From an uncultured delta proteobacterium (GTDB lineage: Bacteria; Desulfobacterota; Binatia; HRBIN30; BPIQ01): a DNA stretch of 47,994 bases. Shown here in pieces: positions 1 through 9,351 of the stretch (position 1 is its first letter; each line of letters opens with the position of its first letter). The position numbers were made by a program, and so were the translations under genes. The stretch lies in contig CAVXGR010000010.1 in the NCBI GenBank assembly GCA_963761335.1, forward strand, positions 1-47,994. Reading direction: 5' to 3'. The notes beneath the pieces are model-generated. The model was not told where the DNA came from, searched no databases, and saw only the letters and a program-made list of their open reading frames with translations.

Positions 1-32
1 GGGACGCTCATTCCAGCTCGGTGGTGTTGCTT

Positions 33-353
33 CTACGGGCGGATGACGACCAGGTCTCCAGGCCGCAGCATATCGAGCGCATCGACGACCCTTGGCATCA
101 GTGGGAGCGTCTGGCGAAGCTGCGTGCCCTCAGCCGCCAAAACGACGACGGCAATCCGATAGCGCGACAGGTTTTGCTGATAGGCCAGGTTTCGGTCGCT
201 CGTCAGGAACACGTCGAATTGGTCTTGGGCGAGCTCAAGCAATCGTCCGTTCTTCAGACCGCTCCAGCCCATTTTCTGAACCGATACACCATCGTGGCCG
301 GTCAACTCGCGCCCGACTCGCCAATCCAGGCACTCGTCGATGAGAACGCGCAC
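33..353 (-). CDS. DUF5615 family PIN-like toxin (VapC45-like)
   Basis: MRVLIDECL N-terminus and FLTSDRNL motif typical of DUF5615; directly downstream of a DUF433 gene. Confidence 0.85.
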   Translation of the reverse strand: MRVLIDECLDWRVGRELTGHDGVSVQKMGWSGLKNGRLLELAQDQFDVFLTSDRNLAYQQNLSRYRIAVVVLAAEGTQLRQTLPLMPRVVDALDMLRPGDLVVIRP

Positions 354-354
354 A

Positions 355-585
355 CTAGGCCGCCCTCAGGCTCTCCAGGACCTTGTCCTTGCCGGCCTCG
401 ATGACGGCGATGACCTGCTCTCGGCGCACCGACGGAAAAGCCTCGAGAAACTCATCGATCGACTCTCCGCCTTCAAGCGCGTCGATCAGGTTCTGAAGCG
501 GGACCCGCGTACCGACAAAGACCGGGGCTCCTCCCATCGTCTCGGCGTCCGAGTGCACAATTCCCCGCAGATCTCTCTGTTTCAT
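355..585 (-). CDS. DUF433 domain antitoxin-like protein
   Basis: MGGAPVFVGTRVP...GESIDEFLEAFPSV signature; adjacent to PIN gene. Confidence 0.9.
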   Translation of the reverse strand: MKQRDLRGIVHSDAETMGGAPVFVGTRVPLQNLIDALEGGESIDEFLEAFPSVRREQVIAVIEAGKDKVLESLRAA

Positions 586-735
586 GACGACACGATACCA
601 TCAGGAGGCCGGAAACCCCACCGCGGCTGCGGCTGAAGCCCCAGCCGGGGCAGCCACGTTCGTAGCCGATTCAGGCGTGGAACCTTTCACGTGAAAACCG
701 TGAACCGGTCATTCGAGTTTGGCTGGCCAACATGG

Positions 736-969
736 TCACCAGCGCTTCGCGAGCAGGTGAACTGCTTCGCCGATTGCCTCCGGTGGAACGCTGCCATGCC
801 ATTCTTCAACGATGGTTTCCCACGCCATGCCTCGCGCCACCTGAGCAAGGACATCCGCCACCAGAACGCGTGTACCTCGAAACGTGGGCTGTCCGTGGCA
901 GATACCTGTGTCCACGACGACGTAGCGCCCGAGCGCCTCGATTCTCCGCTTCGGTTTACGTGAGGACAC
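736..969 (-). CDS. Second DUF433 domain protein (no partner of its own; possibly truncated)
   Basis: ICHGQPTFRGTRVLVADVL...GMAWETIVEEW DUF433 signature. Confidence 0.75.
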   Translation of the reverse strand: MSSRKPKRRIEALGRYVVVDTGICHGQPTFRGTRVLVADVLAQVARGMAWETIVEEWHGSVPPEAIGEAVHLLAKRW

Positions 970-1034
970 GAAAACCCTTGAACTACGCGGCTTTCCTGCG
1001 TTTTTCCTCTTCCGACCCCGCTTTCCCTCGGCGC

Positions 1035-1057
1035 GTTCAAATCCCGTCGGGGACGCC
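1035..1057 (+). mobile_element. tRNA-Glu 3' fragment (T-loop, T-stem 3' strand, acceptor 3' strand); probable att duplication
   Basis: G-TTCAAAT-CCCGT-CGGGGAC-G-CC matches the 3' end of bacterial tRNA-Glu; upstream sequence does not supply the 5' part of a tRNA. Confidence 0.7.
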
Positions 1058-1334
1058 TCTCACCACCCTCGACTTGCTCCTCCGCCAAGCCGAGATACCT
1101 GCGCGCACCGGCTGCCGCGGCGCCGGGTTGAAGGCCGCTGTCTAATCCGTTGCGGCCGGCGCCCGCTCCAGCAGCCGGCGGGCGCGAGTCGCGCAGCTTC
1201 GACGGTGAGGGTCCCTGCTCTTTGCTGCAGCTTCGAGGTCGCCGACTTCTCGCATCTGCCCACGGGCCCCGACCCCGCCCTCCCAAGCCGACAAATGAGA
1301 GGACGGATTGGGAGTTGCTCGGCAGCGTAGTTGC

Positions 1335-1346
1335 CGTATATACGCT
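1335..1346 (+). promoter_or_regulatory. Palindromic operator/-10 region of brnTA
   Basis: Perfect palindrome CGTATATACG (1335-1344) overlapping TACGCT -10-like hexamer just upstream of GTG 1352. Confidence 0.45.
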
Positions 1347-1351
1347 AATAT

Positions 1352-1633
1352 GTGTTCTCGTGGGACGTGCGGAAGGCGATCCTCAACTTCGACAAGCATG
1401 GCGTGTCCTTCGAAGAGGCGGCGACAGTTTTCGCTGATTTTGACGGGCTCGATTGGAAAGACCTCGATCATTCGGAGCGCGAGCTCCGGCGGAAACGCTT
1501 GGGGATGTCGGCTGCAGGCAGGACTCTCTTGCTCGTCTACACGGTGAGGAGATTCAGCAATGGCAAAGAAACGGTCCGGATCATCAGCGCGCGGCGGGCG
1601 AGCCGCAAAGAACGTCGAGCGTACGCCCGGTGA
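1352..1633 (+). CDS. brnT: BrnT family toxin (DUF497)
   Basis: FSWD..K...N..KHGVSFEEA..VF and VRIISARRA..KER..Y motifs. Confidence 0.92.
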   Translation: MFSWDVRKAILNFDKHGVSFEEAATVFADFDGLDWKDLDHSERELRRKRLGMSAAGRTLLLVYTVRRFSNGKETVRIISARRASRKERRAYAR

Positions 1634-1859
1634 AGAGATCGATTTTTCGGATATCCCGGAGTCTACGAATGAGGAGCTGGCGCGGGCCCGACGCGTAGGC
1701 CGCCCAAAATCCACGAACGGGCCGCGGCAGATGATCGCCATTCGCATCGACCCCCGACTTCTGCAGAGGCTGCGCAAGATGGCCGCTCGCTGCGACAAGC
1801 CGTACCAGACACTCATCCACGAGCTGCTCGAGAAGGCGACGGGCGGCAAGGCGGCGTAA
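1560..1859 (+). CDS. brnA: BrnA/CopG-like RHH antitoxin
   Basis: IDFSDIPE, GRP, IAIRID, PYQTLI motifs; GAGGAG RBS at 1546-1551. Confidence 0.85.
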   Translation: MAKKRSGSSARGGRAAKNVERTPGEEIDFSDIPESTNEELARARRVGRPKSTNGPRQMIAIRIDPRLLQRLRKMAARCDKPYQTLIHELLEKATGGKAA

Positions 1860-1926
1860 CGCCGGCGGCCTGGCGACCGGCGGGTGCGAGGGCACAGAGA
1901 TTGCCGCATCGCCGGCGGGCTACTGC

Positions 1927-3879
1927 CTATCGGTCTCCCGTACGCCCATCGATCGATGATACGTTCCTGGCGCGGGTGAGGACGTCCGCAAAGGGGACGT
2001 GCGCCAGGGCGCCGAACAGCGGGCTGGAGGTCAGCTTGGCGCGACTGAGCTTGGGGCTGGTGACGCCGCAGAGCAGGCGAGCCAGGCTGCGCGGCTCGCC
2101 CAGCAAGTCGGCGTTCTCGGCGCGGAGCTCTTCCGCCCGCCGCCACAAGCCCTCATCGATTGCCGCCGGGGCGGCGCGCCGCGGCGTGCCCCTGGACGTC
2201 TCTCCATCCAGGCACCAGCCGCAATGGCCGCACGGCCCTTCCCGTTGCTCGCCGAAGTAAACACCCAGAGCAGTCACCTGACAGCCATTCATCGTCACCA
2301 GATCCACCACCCGGTCGAGGCGGCCGATCTCGCGCGCCTCCCGTTGCACCGCCCGCCGGTAGAGCGAATCGGCGAGGGCCCCGGTGTCCTCGGGGGTCTT
2401 GCAGCGGCGGAAACGGTGGCGCACGCCCGCAGACTCCATCTCGAGCATCTGCTGCTCGGCGAGATAATCGAGCGCCCGCACGATCCGCTCGCGGTCGGTC
2501 CCGAGCCTGCCGGCGGCGGCCTGCGCATCGAGCGTGAGCCATTTCTTGCCTCGGCTCGCCTGGCGGAAGATGCCGGCCAGAAACTGCCGTCGCGCACCCT
2601 CGAACTTGGCCAGGATGTCGGCGGACGGCTGCAGCGGCCGGAAACGGTAGACCGAGTAGAACGGAGTGCCGCCCTCGATGTAGCCGAGCAGCTCCAGGTA
2701 GGTCATCAGCGTGCGCACGACCAGCTCGCGAATGTCGTGCACGTACGCCAGCTCGAAGAAGCTCACGTCGAACTCGTCGGCGAGGCTGAAGACGTGGGCG
2801 ACCAGCCCATGCACTGCCGCCGCGGTCGGCGTGTCGCCGTAGACGAAGTTCTCCAGTACCGGACGATCGTCGAGGCAGAAGAGCATCCGGCAGGTGGCCG
2901 GCTCGCCGTCGCGGCCGGCCCGGCCGATCTCCTGCGAGTAGCTCTCCAGGCTCTTCGGCAGGTTGTAGTGATAGACGTAACGAATATCGGCCTTGTCCAC
3001 GCCCATGCCGAAGGCAATGGTCGCCACAACGACGTTTCGGTCGGCGCGCATGAACCAGTCCTGGACCTCGGCGCGCAGGCCGTCGTCCATTCCCGCGTGG
3101 TAGGCGCGCGCCGGAAACCCGGCGCCGGCGAGCCGCGCGGCAACCGCTTCGGCCGTCTTCTGAAGAGTGACGTAGACGATGGCGGGGCCGGGCGGGTTGT
3201 GGCGCAGCGCCTCGATCAGCACCTCATCGCGCTCGTCCCCGCTCACCGGCGTCGTCAGGATCGTGAGGTTCGGCCGATAGAAGCCGGTGCGCACCGCACA
3301 CTCCGGCGCGATCGAAAACGCCCTGCACATATCGCCGAGGACCTCGTTCGTCGCCGTGGCGGTCAGTGCCAGCAGTCGCTGCGCCTCAAACTTCCGCGCG
3401 TAGCGCGGCAGCTTGAGGTAGTCGGGCCGGAAGTTGTGGCCCCATTCCGAGATGCAGTGGGCCTCGTCGATCGCCATCAGGGCGATCGGCGTGCGCTCGA
3501 GGCTCACTCGGAATCTCTCGTTGTTGAACCGCTCGGGGGCGACATAGAGGAGGCGCAGCTCGCCGGCGCGCACCCGCTGCATGACGCGGCGCTGCTCCTC
3601 GGCGCCGAGCGTCGAGTCGAGCCGCGCCGCGGCGATGCCGCGCCGGGTCAGCGCGTCGATCTGATCCTTCATCAGCGCGATCAACGGCGAGACGACGAGA
3701 GTCAAGCCGTCGAGCAGCAGCGCCGGCAGCTGGTAACAGAGTGATTTGCCGGCTCCCGTCGGGAATACCGCCGCCGCGGAGCGGCCCGCCATCAGATGCT
3801 CGAGAACCTCCCGCTGCCCCGGCAAGAAGCCGTCGAAGCCAAATCGCTGCCGCAGCTCGCGGTCCACTGAGACGTCCAT
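1927..3879 (-). CDS. recQ: RecQ family ATP-dependent DNA helicase
   Basis: PTGAGKSLCYQLP, DEAHCISEWGHNFRPDY, ATIAFGMGVDK, QEIGRAGRDG, C-terminal CGHCGWC zinc site; ATG 3879 with GGAGG RBS. Confidence 0.95.
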   Translation of the reverse strand: MDVSVDRELRQRFGFDGFLPGQREVLEHLMAGRSAAAVFPTGAGKSLCYQLPALLLDGLTLVVSPLIALMKDQIDALTRRGIAAARLDSTLGAEEQRRVMQRVRAGELRLLYVAPERFNNERFRVSLERTPIALMAIDEAHCISEWGHNFRPDYLKLPRYARKFEAQRLLALTATATNEVLGDMCRAFSIAPECAVRTGFYRPNLTILTTPVSGDERDEVLIEALRHNPPGPAIVYVTLQKTAEAVAARLAGAGFPARAYHAGMDDGLRAEVQDWFMRADRNVVVATIAFGMGVDKADIRYVYHYNLPKSLESYSQEIGRAGRDGEPATCRMLFCLDDRPVLENFVYGDTPTAAAVHGLVAHVFSLADEFDVSFFELAYVHDIRELVVRTLMTYLELLGYIEGGTPFYSVYRFRPLQPSADILAKFEGARRQFLAGIFRQASRGKKWLTLDAQAAAGRLGTDRERIVRALDYLAEQQMLEMESAGVRHRFRRCKTPEDTGALADSLYRRAVQREAREIGRLDRVVDLVTMNGCQVTALGVYFGEQREGPCGHCGWCLDGETSRGTPRRAAPAAIDEGLWRRAEELRAENADLLGEPRSLARLLCGVTSPKLSRAKLTSSPLFGALAHVPFADVLTRARNVSSIDGRTGDR

Positions 3880-4020
3880 GTCGAACCTCCTGCTGAAACT
3901 GATCTCAGGATAGCAGGGATGCGGGCAAAGAAAACCGGCATTCGCCGATCGGCCACCGCCCGGCCCCATGCTGGCGGCAACCGGGCCGGCGGGGTTGGCC
4001 TCGACATCGCTCTCCCCCTA

Positions 4021-4030
4021 TATTCGAATA
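4021..4030. promoter_or_regulatory. Palindrome upstream of sulfotransferase operon (possible operator)
   Basis: Perfect AT-rich palindrome TATTCGAATA in a GC-rich intergenic region. Confidence 0.3.
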
Positions 4031-4063
4031 CTCGAAGCTCAATCGGTACGGGAGGGGCAGCGC

Positions 4064-5344
4064 ATGAGTCAGGAGCCCGCGGACACGCGGACCAACGTCA
4101 TCGACATCGACGACCTGCGCGAGCCACGGCGCACACCGCAACAGCAGAGCCTCTACGAGTACGGCCTCGCCCTCGAGGTCGACCTCGATCCGGAAACCTT
4201 GCTCCGCGCAGCGAAGGAGCGCACTGGACTGGCGCGATTCGGCGACGAGACGCTGCGCGACCGGCTGGCGGCTCAGTGTCGCGCCGTCGACGCCGACCGT
4301 GGTCTCTCGGGAATCGGGCGGACGACCGTTCGCGGGCGGCTCTTGGGGCTCCTCGCCGCTCGCCTGCGCTTCGAAGACTACGTCCGGCGACATCCCGAGG
4401 CGCTCGACGTCGAGCTCGAGGCGCCGGTCATCGTGGTGGGTCTGCCGCGATCCGGCACCACGCACCTCGTGAACCTGCTCGCCGCGGACAGCCGCTTCCG
4501 CTCGCTTCCGTGGTGGGAGTGCATCGAGCCCACCCCGTTTCCGGGCGATGGGCCCGGGCGCGACGGCGTGGACCCGCGCTTCCGCCGCTGCCTGGAGGCG
4601 TACGAGATCGGGCGCGCCAGCGCCCCGATCGCCTCGGCGATGCACGACCGCCACCCGTCCGTCATCGAGGAGGACTGCGAGCTCATGGACCTCGATCTGT
4701 GCTCGTACACCCTCGAGTGGCACGCGCGCGTGCCACTGTGGCGAGATCACTACTTTGCGCTCGATCAGGACGCGCACTACGCCTTCCTGCGCAAGCAGCT
4801 CCAGGTGCTGAGCTACCTGCGCGGTCCGCGCCGCTGGGTGTTGAAGACGCCGCAGCACCTGGAGCAGCTCGGCCCCCTGATGCGCACCTTCCCCGATGCG
4901 ACCATCGCGCTCACGCTGCGCGATCCGGTCGCGGTGCTGCAATCGGCGATCACGATGCTCGGCTGGAGCGACCGCCTGCGCCGTGTCGCGGTCGATGCCG
5001 ACGACCTCGCCGCCTACTGGATGGATCGCATCGAGCGCCTTCTCCGCGCCTCGGTGCGAGACCTGCACCTCATCCCGGAGAGCAAACGCATCGACGTCGA
5101 GTTCGGACGCTTCATGGCGGACGAGCTCGGAACGGTGTCGCGGATCCTCGAGGTGGCCGGCGTCGGGGTACCCCACAGGACCAGAGACGAGCTGAGCGCG
5201 TACATCTCGACCAATCCGCGCGGCAGGAACGGGCGCGTCATCTACGACCTACGCCGGGACTTCCACCTCGATCCGGCGGTGGTCCGCAAGCGATTCACCT
5301 TCTATTTCGACGTATTTCCCCAGATCCGCGAGGAGGTGCACTGA
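4064..5344 (+). CDS. Sulfotransferase family protein (Sulfotransfer_3-like)
   Basis: VVGLPRSGTT PAPS-binding loop, WVLKTPQH, RDP..VLQS motif; GGAGG RBS. Confidence 0.9.
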   Translation: MSQEPADTRTNVIDIDDLREPRRTPQQQSLYEYGLALEVDLDPETLLRAAKERTGLARFGDETLRDRLAAQCRAVDADRGLSGIGRTTVRGRLLGLLAARLRFEDYVRRHPEALDVELEAPVIVVGLPRSGTTHLVNLLAADSRFRSLPWWECIEPTPFPGDGPGRDGVDPRFRRCLEAYEIGRASAPIASAMHDRHPSVIEEDCELMDLDLCSYTLEWHARVPLWRDHYFALDQDAHYAFLRKQLQVLSYLRGPRRWVLKTPQHLEQLGPLMRTFPDATIALTLRDPVAVLQSAITMLGWSDRLRRVAVDADDLAAYWMDRIERLLRASVRDLHLIPESKRIDVEFGRFMADELGTVSRILEVAGVGVPHRTRDELSAYISTNPRGRNGRVIYDLRRDFHLDPAVVRKRFTFYFDVFPQIREEVH

Positions 5345-5347
5345 CTC

Positions 5348-6367
5348 ATGCGGCAAGTGCGCGTACATGGACCGAACGACGTACGGATCGACGACGTCGA
5401 GCCACCGCAGCCGGGGCCGCGCGATGCCGTCGTGCGCGTCGCCGCCTGTGGCATCTGCGGGTCGGACCTCTCGTACATCCGGCACGGCGGCCTCGCCGGA
5501 CCCGCGGGGTCGCCGATGCGCCTCGGGCACGAGTTTTCGGGCGTCGTCGAGTGGGTCGGCAGCGAGGTCCGCGAGAAGACGTCCGTCGGGGATCGCGTCG
5601 TGGTCCATCCGGGCAACGATGAGGTCGGGCGCATCGGGAATGGCGGGAGCGAAGGCGGTCTGACCACCGCGGTCCTCGTGCGCGAGGCAGCACGCGGCGG
5701 GCGTCTCTTCCCGGTGCCGGACGGGCTGCCGCTCGACGTCGCCGCGCTCGCCGAGCCGCTCGCCGTGGGCATGCAGGCGGTCGAGCGCGCCGAAGTGCGC
5801 CGCGGCGAGTCGGTCGCCGTGTTCGGCTGCGGACCCATAGGGCTGTTCGCGATCGCGACGCTCCTCGACCGCGGCATCGATCAGGTCGTCGCCATCGATC
5901 TGAACCCGCGACGCCGGCAGCTGGCGCTGGCGCTCGGTGCCCAGGCCGCGCTGGATCCGGCGAGCGGCGACGTGTGGCAGGAGCTCTCCCGCCTGCACGG
6001 CACGTCGCCTTTCATGTTCGGTCCGACGCCCGCGACCAACGCCTTCATCGAGGCATCCGGTGCGAGCCGGGTGATCACCGAAGTCATCGACCACGGACGC
6101 GTCGGCGCGCGCCTATCGGTCGTCGCCCTGCACTACGACTCGATCCCCACCAGCTATCTCATGATTCTGATGAAGCAGCTGTCGATCCATGGCTCGATGG
6201 AGTACCCGCCTCGCTTCGAGGATGCGATCGAGCTGCTCGAGCGCCGCGACCTCTCGAGCGTGATCACGCATCGCCTTCGGCTCGAGAAGCTCGACGAGGC
6301 GCTCGGGATTCTCAACGGGTCGGCCGACTGCGGCAAGGTGCTGATCACGATCGGAGGTGACCGATGA
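5348..6367 (+). CDS. Zinc-binding medium-chain dehydrogenase
   Basis: CGICGSD, GHEFSG, EPLAVG, GCGPIG; lacks the four-Cys structural zinc lobe. Confidence 0.9.
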   Translation: MRQVRVHGPNDVRIDDVEPPQPGPRDAVVRVAACGICGSDLSYIRHGGLAGPAGSPMRLGHEFSGVVEWVGSEVREKTSVGDRVVVHPGNDEVGRIGNGGSEGGLTTAVLVREAARGGRLFPVPDGLPLDVAALAEPLAVGMQAVERAEVRRGESVAVFGCGPIGLFAIATLLDRGIDQVVAIDLNPRRRQLALALGAQAALDPASGDVWQELSRLHGTSPFMFGPTPATNAFIEASGASRVITEVIDHGRVGARLSVVALHYDSIPTSYLMILMKQLSIHGSMEYPPRFEDAIELLERRDLSSVITHRLRLEKLDEALGILNGSADCGKVLITIGGDR

Positions 6368-7629
6368 ATCCGACAGCGGGCGAGCCCCTCTACCGCCAGC
6401 GTCCCGGCGCCGAGGCGATCAAGGCGGCGACCGACGCGCCGGCGATCGACCTCGGCGATGGGCTGTGGATGTCACAGGGCCTCTCGAACTCCTACCTGCT
6501 GCGCACGAACGGGGCTCGCGTCATCGTCAACTGCGGCATGGGCTTCGAGTCGCCATACCACCGCGCCGCCTTCGACGCAGTGGACCAGTCGCCGATCCAC
6601 ACGATCATCCTCACCCAGGGTCACCCCGACCACTTCGGTGGCGTGGACCAGTTCCGCGAGCCGGCGACGCGAATCGTCACGCACGCGAACTTTCACATCT
6701 TCCGCGACGACTTCGAGAAGCTGCTGGCGTTTCGCGCACGAAACTCCGCCTTCGCATGGAGGGAGAAGCTGCAGACGGCGTTCGCGCACGCGCGCGAGAC
6801 CGGCCGCGACCTTCCCGGTCAATCGAGCCCGGAGCCAACGCTCACCTTCGAGAACGAGCTCGAGCTGGTCATCGGCGGTATCCGCCTGACGTTGATCGCC
6901 ACCCCCGGCGGCGAGACGACGGACTCGCTCGTCGTCTGGCGGCCCGACTGCCGAACGGTGCTGACCGGGAACATGCTGGGTGCACTCTTTGGCCACATTC
7001 CGAACCTCGTCACGATCCGCGGCGACCGCTATCGCGACGCGCTCGCCTACGTCGAGTCGATCGAGCGGCTGCGGGCGCTACACCCGGCGCGGCTGGTCAC
7101 CGGGCACTTCGATCCGATCGAAGGCGAAGACCGGATCGACGTCGAGCTGCGCCGCCTTCGCGATGCGACGCAATGGGTGCACGACCGCACCGTCGAGGGC
7201 ATGAACGCCGGCCGCGACGTGCACACACTGATGCGGGAGGTCAGGCTGCCGCCCGAGATCCAGGTCGGTGAGGGCTACGGCAAGGTCGCATGGAACGTCC
7301 GCGCCATCTGGGAGACGTACGCCGGCTGGTTTCATCATCGCTCGACCACCGAGCTGTATGCCGTCCCCGCGGAGGCGGTTGCATCCGATGTGGTCTCGGC
7401 TGCCGGCGCTGCGGCGCTGATCGCCGCCGCCGCGGCTCGTCTGCGCGCCGGACAGGCAGTGGAGGCGATCCACCTGACCGACCTCGTCCTCGCGGCAGAC
7501 CCGACGAACGCCGAGGCCAGAGCGACGGCCGCCGAGGCCCATGCATCCCTGCTCGCAAACGCCTCCAATTTCTGGGAGCGAGCCTGGCTCGAGAAGCGCC
7601 TCGACGAGCTCAGTGGAGGTGTGGCGTGA
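6364..7629 (+). CDS. Alkyl-sulfatase-like MBL-fold hydrolase
   Basis: TQGHPDHFGG, PGGETTDS, PNLVTIRGDRYRD, GEGYGKVAWNVRAIWE..GWF motifs; ATGA overlap with previous gene. Confidence 0.85.
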   Translation: MNPTAGEPLYRQRPGAEAIKAATDAPAIDLGDGLWMSQGLSNSYLLRTNGARVIVNCGMGFESPYHRAAFDAVDQSPIHTIILTQGHPDHFGGVDQFREPATRIVTHANFHIFRDDFEKLLAFRARNSAFAWREKLQTAFAHARETGRDLPGQSSPEPTLTFENELELVIGGIRLTLIATPGGETTDSLVVWRPDCRTVLTGNMLGALFGHIPNLVTIRGDRYRDALAYVESIERLRALHPARLVTGHFDPIEGEDRIDVELRRLRDATQWVHDRTVEGMNAGRDVHTLMREVRLPPEIQVGEGYGKVAWNVRAIWETYAGWFHHRSTTELYAVPAEAVASDVVSAAGAAALIAAAAARLRAGQAVEAIHLTDLVLAADPTNAEARATAAEAHASLLANASNFWERAWLEKRLDELSGGVA

Positions 7630-8375
7630 GGAACCGCTGCTCGTACGACTTCGAGGGCGTGCGCGTGCTGGTCACCGGTGGCACGAGCGGAATCGGGCAC
7701 GCGATCGCCACCAGCTTCGCGGGGGCGGGTGCCTCCGTGAGGATCACCGGCACACGGCAATCGGCGGCGCTCTACGACACGGATCTCGGCGGCCTCGAGT
7801 ACCGGCAGCTCGACCTACGTGATGCCGCCTCGATCGACGCGCTCGTCGCCGAAGTCGACCAGCTCGACGTTCTGGTGAACAACGGCGGGGCGACGTTTCC
7901 CGGCGGCCGCGACGAGTGGGATCCCACGACCTTCATGGGGGCCCTTGCCCTCAACGTCGGGGGAGCGATGCGGCTGACGGTCGGTTGCCGCGCAGCGCTG
8001 GCGGCGAGCCCGATGGCTGGGGGCGGTTGCGTCATCAACATCGCTTCCATGTCCGCGTTCCGCGCCGTGCCGGTCGTTCCCGGGTACGGCGCCGCGAAGG
8101 CCGCGCTGCTCGCCCTGACCCGCAACCTCGCGGTCGCCTGGGTCAGCGACCGGATACGCGTGAACGCCGTGGCTCCGGGTCTGATCGAAACGCCCATGAC
8201 CGCGCCGATGGCCATGATCCCGTCGATGCTGGAGAGCGAGCTGCGCCACGTGCCGACGGGACGCATGGGAACGGCCCAGGAGGTCGCGGCGGCGGTGCTC
8301 TTTCTCGCCAGCGAGGCGTCGAGCTACACGACGGGCTCGGTGTTCGCTGTCGACGGTGGCTACCTCGCCGTGTGA
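7626..8375 (+). CDS. Short-chain dehydrogenase/reductase
   Basis: TGGTSGIG, NNGG, YGAAK, VNAVAPG, VDGG; GTGA overlap. Confidence 0.92.
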   Translation: MRNRCSYDFEGVRVLVTGGTSGIGHAIATSFAGAGASVRITGTRQSAALYDTDLGGLEYRQLDLRDAASIDALVAEVDQLDVLVNNGGATFPGGRDEWDPTTFMGALALNVGGAMRLTVGCRAALAASPMAGGGCVINIASMSAFRAVPVVPGYGAAKAALLALTRNLAVAWVSDRIRVNAVAPGLIETPMTAPMAMIPSMLESELRHVPTGRMGTAQEVAAAVLFLASEASSYTTGSVFAVDGGYLAV

Positions 8376-8545
8376 GGTCGACGGGACACCCGCAAGGAAG
8401 GACGATCCAATGACAGGGCTCGATGACTGAGCGTCCATTCGAGCCGCTACGTGCGACGACGCCGACCGCGACGCGAGCTGCACGCCATCGGGCACAGCAC
8501 ATGCTCGCAGGGAAATGGCGACGCCGTTCCCGGGCAGCGGCCGAC

Positions 8546-9295
8546 TCAGCTGCCGTACACCCGCTCGAGCTCGGGATCCGGGAGCTGGTCGTTCAACAAC
8601 AGGCGCAGCGAGAAGTAGAACATCACGGCCGGGAAGAGGACGTACTGATACTGCGTCCATACCAGCGCCAGCAGAGTGTCGGCGGTGCCCCCGGACATGT
8701 ACTTGTAACCGCCGAATACCTCGGAGAAGGAGAAGATCAGCGTCCCGCCGACCACCATGGGCCCATTGAAGAGCGGCAGCACGTAGCGCAGCCGGTGCTT
8801 CTTCCGGTCGAGGAAGTAGAAGGCCGTGAAGGTCAGCACCGATGGAATCGAAAGCATCTCCACCGCCATGAAGCCGCCGTTGCCGTTGATCGTGCGCAAA
8901 TCGACGGCACCGAAGGAGGCGAGCGGCCAGAGCCACATGTGCTCCCGGATGCGCGCGCTGAGCCCGATCCAATCCGCGATCGTGTGCAGGTCGTGAAAGA
9001 TGAACTTCGACGACAGGAACCACGGCCATTCCCAGAGCAGGTTCGTCATCGAGAAGCTGATCATCCAGACGATCAGGAACTCGCGATACACGCCGGCGCG
9101 CGTCCGCGTCTCGTCGGGACGCCTGATCAACATCAGACAACACCCGTTGAGCCAGATCGAAACCGCGTAGAGGCTGACCTTGGAAGCCAGCATGTTGTCC
9201 CAGATCCCCCGCCAGAAGAGCATCCCGCAGACCGCGGGGATGGTCCAGAAGAAGGCCGTCACAGCCCAGAACAGGGTCTTCGATCGATTCGTCAC
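8546..9295 (-). CDS. Multi-pass membrane protein, EXPERA/EBP (sterol isomerase)-like
   Basis: Several hydrophobic helices; N..WE.PW, DLR, AVE, HRLRYVL.L, GTLIFSFSE pattern resembles emopamil-binding protein. Confidence 0.6.
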   Translation of the reverse strand: MTNRSKTLFWAVTAFFWTIPAVCGMLFWRGIWDNMLASKVSLYAVSIWLNGCCLMLIRRPDETRTRAGVYREFLIVWMISFSMTNLLWEWPWFLSSKFIFHDLHTIADWIGLSARIREHMWLWPLASFGAVDLRTINGNGGFMAVEMLSIPSVLTFTAFYFLDRKKHRLRYVLPLFNGPMVVGGTLIFSFSEVFGGYKYMSGGTADTLLALVWTQYQYVLFPAVMFYFSLRLLLNDQLPDPELERVYGS

Positions 9296-9351
9296 CGTCG
9301 CACTTCCCGCGGGTGCTTCGCGGCGTTCCTACCCTTCGCCGCCTGCCCGCT

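Noticed and set aside
620..660. GC-rich hairpin GGCTGCGGCTGAAGCCCCAGCCGGGGCAGCC as ncRNA or terminator
   Set aside because: Single short imperfect stem with no U-tract and no second copy in the window
980..1060. Complete tRNA gene
   Set aside because: Only the 3' 23 nt are tRNA-like; no D-arm, anticodon arm or matching 5' acceptor strand
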